Positions 25,029-32,000 of a stretch of DNA of 32,000 nt are shown here, in pieces; the first letter of the stretch is position 1, and each line of letters begins with the position of its first letter. Below the pieces are notes generated by a model. It was not told where the DNA came from, did no database searches, and was given only the letters and a program-made list of their open reading frames with translations. This stretch comes from Erysipelothrix larvae. Its GTDB lineage: Bacteria; Bacillota_I; Bacilli_A; Erysipelotrichales; Erysipelotrichaceae. The stretch lies in the NCBI RefSeq assembly GCF_001545095.1, contig NZ_CP013213.1, positions 1,590,001 through 1,622,000 on the forward strand, written 5' to 3'. Both the position numbers and the translations under genes were made by a program.

Positions 25029-26810
25029 TTACGCCTCCTCTCCATAGATATTTTGGATTTTCGCAGTGGATTGATACAAGCCTTCTTGAGCCATCAATTC
25101 ATCATGCGTTCCGATTTGTTCTATTTTACCATTTTTTAAGACAATAATTTTATCCGCATCCATCGCCGATGCAACACGATGGGTCACAATTAATGTGGTC
25201 GCATCGCTCAAGGTTTTCAGGTGCTCACGGATGTTCTTGTCTGTTTGTGTATCCACCGCAGACAATGAATCATCAAAGATTAAGATTGGGTGTGATTTAA
25301 TCACGGTACGTGCAATCGCAATCCGTTGTTTTTGTCCACCCGATAAGGTGACCCCTTTTTCACCCACAATTGTGTTATACCCTAAATCAAATTGATCGAT
25401 AACATGGTGCATTTCAGAGCGACGTGCTGCTTCATAGACTTCGTCATCACTTGCGACAGGATGGGCAATTCGAATGTTCTCAATGATGTTTCGTGAGAAT
25501 AAGAACGGTTCTTGAAGGACAATTCCGATGTTTGCTCGTAAGTGTTCACGGTTCATTGATTTCAGCGAATGACCCCCGATGGTGATGTCCCCACTGTTGT
25601 AATCATATAGACGGGTAAGTAGGTACATCAGTGAACTCTTACCACTTCCAGTAGGTCCCATAATTGCGACTGTTTCATGTTTGCCAATGGTAAAGCTGAG
25701 GCCTTCGAGTACGGGTGTTGTGCCATCATCGTATTGGAAGACGACATCATCAAAGACAATATCGCCATCAATGGTTGGCGAGTCACCTGAAACAAGATCC
25801 TCTTGTTTTACATCAAAGATTTCCTCAAGACGATTAATCGCAATGGTAACTTTCCCCATATCAGAAAGTGCGCGTCCAAAGCTTCGTACATGCCATAGTA
25901 CCGTTGAAATATAGGTGATGAAGACAAAGAACTGACCCACTGATAGGTTTCCTTTTAGGGATTCCTGTATCCCTAATACGATAATAATTAAGATTGTTAT
26001 AAAGCAAATAGCATCAGAGATTGCCCAATAATAAGCGAGTTGATGGTTAACATTTAAACTCAATGCGCGAAATTTCGCGTTCTTTGATTCAAAGCGTTCC
26101 AGTTCATAAAGTTCGCGGTTAAATGCTTTCACAACACGAACCCCGTGAAGGTTTTCTTGAATGCTGGATGACATTTCCGCTTCCGCTTCATCAGCTTTCT
26201 TGAATTCTTTTTGCATGCGTTTAAAGAAAACCCAAGATACAATCAAGATGATTGGCAATACCACAAGTACAATGCTTGCGAGAAAGGCATTCATTGAGAA
26301 TAAGATGGACACCGATGCGATTGCAATTACGGTTGTAAAGACAATCTCACGGATTTGATTGGTTAAGAATTTACGCACCTGATCCACATCACTAGTTGAA
26401 CGTTGGATTAAGTCTCCACTTTGTGCTTTCACATGATAGCCATATGGCAGTCTTTGAATGTGTGCATAGAGTTCATTTCGAAGGTTTTCAGTAAATCCTT
26501 CTGAGTAATCTGCAAGGGCACGGCCACGAATCCATACGTTAAGCGATTGTATAATGGCAGATACCATGATACACACAGCACTAATCCATAGATTATCGCG
26601 CAAGAAATCACGGCCTCCAAAAAAGGTCATGACCGTGGTTTGCCACCCCGATGGTACAGCTTTTGAATCAATGACATAGTCAATAAAGAAGCTGATGATA
26701 AGGGGCGAAACTAAGTTAAAGAGTGCGTGCAACCCTGTACAAGCAACCACGACCCATATAAGATGTCGATATTTGCCCAAATATCGCATCACAAATTTTA
26801 TGTATTTCAT
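25029..26810 (-). CDS. ABC exporter, fused permease/ATPase, degenerate-site half of a heterodimer
   Basis: Walker A GPTGSGKSS and signature LSGGQKQR. Walker B is ILIFDDSLSAVD, with Asp in place of the catalytic Glu, as in BmrC/LmrC-type partners. The start is at MKYIKF (ATG 26810) after a GGAGG RBS. Confidence 0.9.
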   Translation of the reverse strand: MKYIKFVMRYLGKYRHLIWVVVACTGLHALFNLVSPLIISFFIDYVIDSKAVPSGWQTTVMTFFGGRDFLRDNLWISAVCIMVSAIIQSLNVWIRGRALADYSEGFTENLRNELYAHIQRLPYGYHVKAQSGDLIQRSTSDVDQVRKFLTNQIREIVFTTVIAIASVSILFSMNAFLASIVLVVLPIILIVSWVFFKRMQKEFKKADEAEAEMSSSIQENLHGVRVVKAFNRELYELERFESKNAKFRALSLNVNHQLAYYWAISDAICFITILIIIVLGIQESLKGNLSVGQFFVFITYISTVLWHVRSFGRALSDMGKVTIAINRLEEIFDVKQEDLVSGDSPTIDGDIVFDDVVFQYDDGTTPVLEGLSFTIGKHETVAIMGPTGSGKSSLMYLLTRLYDYNSGDITIGGHSLKSMNREHLRANIGIVLQEPFLFSRNIIENIRIAHPVASDDEVYEAARRSEMHHVIDQFDLGYNTIVGEKGVTLSGGQKQRIAIARTVIKSHPILIFDDSLSAVDTQTDKNIREHLKTLSDATTLIVTHRVASAMDADKIIVLKNGKIEQIGTHDELMAQEGLYQSTAKIQNIYGEEA

Positions 26811-26821
26811 ACGTTCCTCCA

Positions 26822-26850
26822 ATAAAAAAAGACACACAAACGTGGTCTTG
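26822..26850 (-). terminator. intrinsic terminator/attenuator immediately upstream of the ABC operon RBS
   Basis: Minus-strand RNA reads AAGAC-CAC-guuu-GUG-U-GUCUU followed by U7, then AUUGGAGGAACGU-AUG. Confidence 0.55.
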
Positions 26851-26884
26851 CAACGGTATTATAATTAATCCATCAAAAACGACG

Positions 26885-26962
26885 CTATTTTTTTGCTTCG
26901 TTTAATAAACAAGACGAAGCCATATAAGTTACTGTAAATTGTGCATTTAAATTTAACATCAT
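26885..26962 (-). CDS. 25-codon upstream (leader) ORF of the ABC exporter operon
   Basis: A GAGAGGAGAA RBS lies 4 nt before ATGATG. The peptide is MMLNLNAQFTVTYMASSCLLNEAKK. The 3' end and stop codon of the ORF are embedded in mutually exclusive hairpins. Confidence 0.45.
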   Translation of the reverse strand: MMLNLNAQFTVTYMASSCLLNEAKK

Positions 26963-26996
26963 CTTGTTCTCCTCTCTTAAGTTAACAACCAACTCA

Positions 26997-27025
26997 ATCT
27001 TAGCACTATTCACCCCATGAATCAA
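26997..27025 (-). promoter_or_regulatory. candidate promoter of the leader-ABC operon
   Basis: Minus strand: -35 TTGATT (27025..27020), 17-nt spacer, -10 TAAGAT (27002..26997). Confidence 0.4.
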
Positions 27026-27184
27026 TAACTTTTTGGGATTTTATGTGAAAACAGTAACAAATTCATAAATTATTTCGTAAAATAAACCATTTTTCTGATA
27101 TTTTATTGAGGTGATGCTGTGTGAAATGTCTTTGGATTTAAGTATAATAGAAGTAATGTACCCGTTATTGAAAGGAATGATCCG

Positions 27185-27445
27185 ATGAATCCACTCACAC
27201 TTTACCTTCTTGTGATATCCTGTATCTCAAGTATTGTGACCCTGTATGACAAATCACAAGCAATCCATAAACGATGGCGCATTAAGGAGTCCACCCTTTT
27301 TATGTTGGCGGTGTTTGGTGGGGCATTGGCGATGATTCTTACAATGTTAGTCATTCGCCATAAAACAAAACACAAACGGTTTATGCTTGGGTTACCACTC
27401 ATAATTTTTGCACAATGTGCGCTCTTAATATGGGCTTATTGTTAA
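27185..27445 (+). CDS. DUF1294 small membrane protein
   Basis: 86 aa. YDKSQAIHKRWRIKESTLFMLAVFGGALAMILTMLVIRHKTKHKRF is characteristic of DUF1294. Confidence 0.75.
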   Translation: MNPLTLYLLVISCISSIVTLYDKSQAIHKRWRIKESTLFMLAVFGGALAMILTMLVIRHKTKHKRFMLGLPLIIFAQCALLIWAYC

Positions 27446-27537
27446 TGGGAACGCTTAATTTATATTAACAAAAAAAATAGATGGATGCACTTGTGTTATT
27501 TCGTGTTATAATTGCCATCATAAGGGGGGTACTTTAT

Positions 27538-27789
27538 ATGCATAAATGTCCTCGTTGTGGATCTCTACTTACTTTAGGATACATCAACAATCGCAGTGCT
27601 ATCTTATCATGGTCTGACACAAATCGATGTGACACCGTGAGTGCAACATGGAATCTTGAAAAAGACCAAATCCGTTTAGCACGATTTGATCATGATCATG
27701 GTTGGTCTATTCCAGCATCATGTTGTGAACACTGTAAGATGTTGTTTGTTGAATATGATGAAAAAGCATATCTTAGTAAAAAACAGTGA
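27538..27789 (+). CDS. small zinc-ribbon protein
   Basis: ATG 27538 follows a GGGGGG RBS. It has the CxxC pairs MHKCPRCG and CCEHCK; 83 aa. Confidence 0.55.
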   Translation: MHKCPRCGSLLTLGYINNRSAILSWSDTNRCDTVSATWNLEKDQIRLARFDHDHGWSIPASCCEHCKMLFVEYDEKAYLSKKQ

Positions 27790-27806
27790 CCATTAGCGTA
27801 CACAAG

Positions 27807-27840
27807 AATCTGAAATCACACCTGTGGTTTCAGATTTTTA
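27807..27840 (+). terminator. intrinsic terminator
   Basis: AATCTGAAATCACA-cc-TGTGGTTTCAGATT (14 bp including one G-U) running into TTTTT. Confidence 0.8.
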
Positions 27841-28046
27841 ATATCGTTTAAGAAGTCATCCCTATAACTACTTTCTTAAAAAAAGAAGTACCCCTGAATC
27901 AAATCAAATGACCCAATCTTAACTTGAACATCGTTTGCATGATAGCTCAATCCCTGGATTTGATGTATCCAACAATCCCTTGACACTTCGGTTTAAGTTT
28001 TCCAATCATGACATATTTTAATGGAAATCTTAAAAACCCTTCAAAT

Positions 28047-28331
28047 TCATAACTCTGCTTGGGATTTTTTAATACCTATCATTTTTAAATCTCCGCCTGA
28101 AGTGAGTATCACAAGTGCAAAAACTAAAGGCATGAAATACAAATGTTTATAAGTTCTTTGAAACCTGCTTCGTTTCGTTTTGACATCACTGAGGAAACTT
28201 ATGGGTATACGCCTACCTTCCTTTTTTGAAAAACCCATTCGTTTAGTGACAAAGCCTTCGACTTCATGATACTTATCACCCATTTTAAAGATATGGTTTA
28301 CTGGTTCAAATCCAAAGGTTATAATAGATGT
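28047..28331 (-). pseudogene. possible C-terminal remnant of a DDE transposase (IS1182/IS5/IS4-like); weak call
   Basis: The part of the 192-aa minus ORF that lies outside the AraC gene reads YHEVEGFVTKRMGFSKKEGRRIPISFLSD...KHLYFMPLVFALVILT. This loosely resembles the VE..FG.IK...GF.RF..RG C-terminal block of such transposases. No start codon, inverted repeat or upstream part is present. Confidence 0.2.
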
Positions 28332-28712
28332 ATGATCCAAACATACATCATAAACAAAGCTGAAGATTATGTCGAAGACCATCTTCAAGAAAAAATAACG
28401 CTTGATGATATTGCGAATCACATCGGTGTTTCTAAGTATCATTTTCACCGTCTCTTTAAACAAGCCACCAATGAGACACTGCATGCATTCATATCGCGTA
28501 TAAAAATGGAGCGCTCTGCTCTTTTTCTTAAAGTAGATACACAATCCAGTCTTACAGATATTGCTTATGCCTATGGGTATTGTGATGCAAGCGCTTATAT
28601 TCGTGCATTCAAAAAGCAGTTTCATATGACACCCTCTGAATTTAAAAACCGCAAGATTTCACAATCTTCTCATGGATCATTTCGATATACTTCAACTAGG
28701 AGGACATCATAA
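28332..28712 (+). CDS. AraC-family HTH protein (DNA-binding half only)
   Basis: KITLDDIANHIGVSKYHFHRLFKQATNETLHAFISRIKMERSA...DIAYAYGYCDASAYIRAFKKQFHMTPSEF. The start is taken at MIQTYI (ATG 28332). Confidence 0.8.
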   Translation: MIQTYIINKAEDYVEDHLQEKITLDDIANHIGVSKYHFHRLFKQATNETLHAFISRIKMERSALFLKVDTQSSLTDIAYAYGYCDASAYIRAFKKQFHMTPSEFKNRKISQSSHGSFRYTSTRRTS

Positions 28713-29191
28713 TGAATGAACCACATATTCGAATCGAAGAAGACATCAGCCTTAAACTCATATACATTCGGTTTAAAGGCTCTTATGCAGCATTTCGTAA
28801 GCACTCACGCGCAATGTTTAACACATTATTTGAGTATGCAAAAAAACACGATCTAATTATTGAAGGTGAAACCAAGGTCTTAACCCTATATCATGATAAT
28901 CCATTTATTACACACGGTGATAACCTTAGAACCAGTGTCGCAATGACGATACCTTCCACTGCAGTCATTGATGAAACAAATGAAATCTCAACACTGACAT
29001 TATCGGGTAAGTTTTGCGTTGGAACTTTTGACTTAAAGCTCAATGAATATGGGCTTGCATGGAATACAATGATTGATATTTGGACTTCGTATCCAGTCCG
29101 TGATGCATTGCCTTTTGAGCTATATGTCACTGAGCCACCAAGAAACTTTAAAGGATCAAGTAGCGTTGACATCTATGTTCCGATTCAATAA
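28712..29191 (+). CDS. GyrI-like small-molecule-binding domain protein
   Basis: It has its own AGGAGG RBS, and its ATG overlaps the upstream TAA (TAATG). LIYIRFKGSY...YHDNPFIT...PFELYV...VDIYVPI is typical of the GyrI-like/SbmC effector domain. Confidence 0.8.
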   Translation: MNEPHIRIEEDISLKLIYIRFKGSYAAFRKHSRAMFNTLFEYAKKHDLIIEGETKVLTLYHDNPFITHGDNLRTSVAMTIPSTAVIDETNEISTLTLSGKFCVGTFDLKLNEYGLAWNTMIDIWTSYPVRDALPFELYVTEPPRNFKGSSSVDIYVPIQ

Positions 29192-29197
29192 TGCAAT

Positions 29198-29231
29198 AAA
29201 TGCCAAGAAGATACACTCCTTGGCATTTTTT
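29198..29231 (+). terminator. intrinsic terminator between convergent genes
   Basis: AAATGCCAAG-(11 nt)-CTTGGCATTT running into a T6 run. Confidence 0.65.
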
Positions 29232-29258
29232 AATGTAAGTTGAAAAATAGACACTTAA

Positions 29259-29993
29259 TTATTCTGTTACTGCATCAAAGATGTTCATAATTGTCTGTAC
29301 ATCATTGATCTTGGTACTCCCACTTTCTTGATCAATAATTGACGAGTAAACATGAGGAATGATCTTTGGAACCCCTGCATCAAGGGCAATTCTTAACACT
29401 TCCTCTAGGTTATCAAGGTCAAGACCGCCGGTAGGTTCAAGTGCAAACTTATGTTTAGCACAGGCTTCACATACTGCAATGTATTCATCTTTTGTGGACA
29501 AGCCTTTCATTGGGAAAAACTTGATCGAATTACCCCCCATATCTTGGATCATAGCGATTGCGGTCTCAATACATACAATGGCTGGTTTTTGAGCACGCGA
29601 TGCATTCGCTCCCGTTGAGATGATAACTTTCCCAGGTGTTCCACTGGGTGACACAAGTGCATTGATGTGTGCATGTTCATTGATGCACGTAGCACGTGTT
29701 GCACTTACGGATGTAAAGACTTGGTTAATATGCGTTGCAGGAACATGTGCTCCAATACGCCATACCATGTCTGCTTGTTTTGGATTTCCCCCACCCAATC
29801 CAATGGATACGTTGTTGTTGATGACATCACAGTATTGAAGCATATCATTAACCGCTTCTTCAATACTGTCATAGTTTGAGGATAATACCCCAACACACAC
29901 ATGGCCATCACAGGCTTCATAGATTGCTTTGGCATTTTCAACTGAATTGGCCAAGACGTTTAAACAGAGTTTATTTTTATAAAACTTCAACAT
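29259..29993 (-). CDS. KDGP aldolase family protein (DgaF-like, former DUF1341)
   Basis: LCLNVLANSVENAK...GLGGGNPKQ...NALVSPSGTPGKV...IKFFPMKGL...LEPTGGLDLDN. ATG 29993 lies 9 nt after an AAGGAGG RBS and overlaps the upstream gene by 17 nt. Confidence 0.8.
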   Translation of the reverse strand: MLKFYKNKLCLNVLANSVENAKAIYEACDGHVCVGVLSSNYDSIEEAVNDMLQYCDVINNNVSIGLGGGNPKQADMVWRIGAHVPATHINQVFTSVSATRATCINEHAHINALVSPSGTPGKVIISTGANASRAQKPAIVCIETAIAMIQDMGGNSIKFFPMKGLSTKDEYIAVCEACAKHKFALEPTGGLDLDNLEEVLRIALDAGVPKIIPHVYSSIIDQESGSTKINDVQTIMNIFDAVTE

Positions 29994-31098
29994 CACTCAA
30001 AACCTCCTTGATTCGTTTAATGATAATATCTAAGTCATTTTTATGCTGAAGGGGTCTTGGATCAAAACTGATCATCCCCTGATTTGCATCATAATTACGT
30101 GTGAAGATTTGTGGTGTTCCTTTTTCGAGACGATGGATTATTTCGTGTGCACTTATTCCTAAGATTTGTGCATCAAAGTGAACTTTAGCCCGATATATGT
30201 CCCGTCCTGATTCGTCTTTGATTTTTTGCGCATAAACACCGTTGATGGTATTCAGTGTCTCAATGAATGGATCCAAATCATCATAAGATACCTCAAAGTT
30301 TTGTGATGAAGTGGTATATTCATAGGCTGCTTGAATCAATCCAAAGATGTTTTCTTTACCAATCTTCATCCCACGTCCAACACCATAGATGTGTTTTCTT
30401 AGGTTGATTGCATCATCCTGTGATTGAACCAACACAAAACCTGAAGTGGGTCCCATCAATGCCTTTGAGCCACTATAGATGACATAGTCAATCCCCATTT
30501 TCGTAAATGATGTGAAGTCAATTTCCGCTGCACAATCTAGAATTAATGGTTTTTTAAACTGTCGTGCGATGTCAAGCATTTCCTCAAGAGATAGCATATC
30601 TTTTTGGACACAGTGTGAGCTTTTTACATACATCAGTGCCGCTGTTTTTTTATTGATACACAGCTCAACATCGCGTTGTGTACACTTATTTGCATAACCT
30701 GCTTCAATAACACAACCCCCGCCTGTTTCTATCATGGTTTGTATTGGCGCGCCAAAGTCAACGTTGTGTCCTTTTGGAAGCACGATTTCATGTGGATAAT
30801 CCTGCATGCTGGAATCGTGAATCTTTTGAATTTGTGCGTCATGATCTTTACATAAAACCGCCGCTACACTTAAACTGATCCCTGCGGATGCACTTGAGGT
30901 AATAACTGCATCGGGTGCATCAAAGAGTGATGCCAAGGTTTCGCCGGAAATTTTGTATAGATCATCCATTAAAAAGTAGTTTGAAGCGCCATAGTTCATG
31001 GCGTCTTTCACACCGTGTGATTGTGTTGAGACTCCTAATTTTGTCATCCGTCCGGATGCATTAATGCACCCATTTATCTTGTCCATTAGATAGACCAT
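29977..31098 (-). CDS. SelA-like PLP-dependent enzyme (DgaE-like, putative aminosugar-acid-phosphate ammonia-lyase)
   Basis: INASGRMTKLGVST...ITSSASAGI...SGSKALMGPTSG (PLP-lysine context). The start is at MVYLMDK (ATG 31098) after a GGAGG RBS, in a TAATG overlap with the upstream gene. Confidence 0.8.
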   Translation of the reverse strand: MVYLMDKINGCINASGRMTKLGVSTQSHGVKDAMNYGASNYFLMDDLYKISGETLASLFDAPDAVITSSASAGISLSVAAVLCKDHDAQIQKIHDSSMQDYPHEIVLPKGHNVDFGAPIQTMIETGGGCVIEAGYANKCTQRDVELCINKKTAALMYVKSSHCVQKDMLSLEEMLDIARQFKKPLILDCAAEIDFTSFTKMGIDYVIYSGSKALMGPTSGFVLVQSQDDAINLRKHIYGVGRGMKIGKENIFGLIQAAYEYTTSSQNFEVSYDDLDPFIETLNTINGVYAQKIKDESGRDIYRAKVHFDAQILGISAHEIIHRLEKGTPQIFTRNYDANQGMISFDPRPLQHKNDLDIIIKRIKEVLSDVEVL

Positions 31099-32000
31099 TA
31101 GTGTACCTCCGTATATACTCCTGAAATCATACAACCTTTTGGTGTAATTTGTTTGTGGATTTGGATGGATTCATTGTTGGAATCGACTGCAGTTGTATCT
31201 ACAGTTTCCACTTCAAAGAATGTTAGGTGTGCTTTCACACCGTCTTTTAGCATTCCAAACCCTTTAAGTTTCGCATTATTTGCAGCACCCAATGTCACAA
31301 GATGAACCACATTCTCAAGACTATAGCCCATATTTAGAAACTTCGTCATAACACCTGCTAAAGAACCGACCGGTGTTTCAACATTGTACTTATGAATGTC
31401 TGTGCTAATGCTATCGGGTTCAAAATTATTGGACATGGCTTGTTTCGCAATCGTGAAACTAAAGCTATCTTGACCGTGTCCAACATCGTATAGAACCCCT
31501 TCTTTGCGTTTATCAAGCACAAGGTCCTTGATATGCAAACCATCCAAGATATTGTTTGGTTTGCCATGGAAGCAATGGGTTAACACATCGTCTTCACGCA
31601 TTTGTTTGAGCACCTCATGAATGGTAGGTGGGTTGTTTCCAAAGTGAACCATAATGGGACGATTGGTTGTGTTTGACACTGTGTGCGCCTTAAGAAATGG
31701 TGTCACAGTATCTTCGCCCATTACACTACCGGATGCTCGTACTTTGATGCCCACTACAAAATCATCATAGGCTTGAATCTTCGCAATTGTCGCATCAATA
31801 TCTACATTGTCAGGATCCTTCAGTTCAAAACGATCAATGAGTCCTGATTTCGCAATGTTGATCCATGCTTTCACAATTGTTTGTTTGTCTTTTACTTGAT
31901 TGTAGAATGTATCAATTGTATCCGATCCACTGGATCCTGCATCAATGACACAAACGACACCTGTTTTTACTCCGATACGGTCTGCTTCCACTCCTAAGTC
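31098..32000 (-). CDS. amidohydrolase/deacetylase-family metallohydrolase, 5' end outside the window
   Basis: The frame is open to position 32000. VIDAGSSG, MVHFGN, HCFHGK and YDVGHGQDSF are metal-ligand contexts of the amidohydrolase superfamily. Confidence 0.8.
   Translation of the reverse strand, partial: DLGVEADRIGVKTGVVCVIDAGSSGSDTIDTFYNQVKDKQTIVKAWINIAKSGLIDRFELKDPDNVDIDATIAKIQAYDDFVVGIKVRASGSVMGEDTVTPFLKAHTVSNTTNRPIMVHFGNNPPTIHEVLKQMREDDVLTHCFHGKPNNILDGLHIKDLVLDKRKEGVLYDVGHGQDSFSFTIAKQAMSNNFEPDSISTDIHKYNVETPVGSLAGVMTKFLNMGYSLENVVHLVTLGAANNAKLKGFGMLKDGVKAHLTFFEVETVDTTAVDSNNESIQIHKQITPKGCMISGVYTEVH

Noticed and set aside
28047-28625. 192-aa minus-strand ORF as a real gene
   Set aside because: Its first two thirds are antisense to a well-supported AraC HTH coding region. 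Only the last 95 or so codons lie in intergenic DNA, and these are discussed as a weak transposase remnant.
29977-31098. SelA-like gene as evidence for selenocysteine incorporation (which might have explained the TGA at 7892)
   Set aside because: Its neighbours are an amidohydrolase and a KDGP aldolase, so it fits the DgaE-type lyase branch. No selB, selD or tRNA-Sec is visible.

Overview
AT-rich, low-GC Gram-positive (Bacillota-type) chromosomal segment, read with the standard bacterial code. I count about 33 credible protein-coding genes, mostly on the minus strand. They are housekeeping or accessory metabolism genes plus many small regulator-plus-target modules (PucR, TetR, HxlR, PadR, Rrf2, AraC/GyrI). 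One complete IS200/IS605-family element (tnpA + tnpB + structured right end, about 2252-4059) has split an amino-acid-kinase-fold gene. There are two more decayed genes: a doubly frameshifted S51 peptidase and a possible transposase stub. A guanine-class purine riboswitch with its own promoter precedes adenine deaminase. A 25-codon upstream ORF with competing hairpins and a terminator precedes a heterodimeric ABC exporter. A 37-nt promoter/operator element is duplicated on both sides of the HxlR-type regulator. The window ends in a partial amidohydrolase / SelA-like / KDGP-aldolase catabolic cluster. I saw no rRNA, tRNA, CRISPR array, prophage block or recognisable multi-gene defence system. 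The least explained stretch is the 670-nt ORF-free region at 4429-5099, where a 14-bp long-range inverted repeat closes a hairpin-rich 225-nt domain. All family names come from motif-level reading of the translated ORFs. No database search, folding program or alignment was run, and mobile-element boundaries and start codons are approximate.
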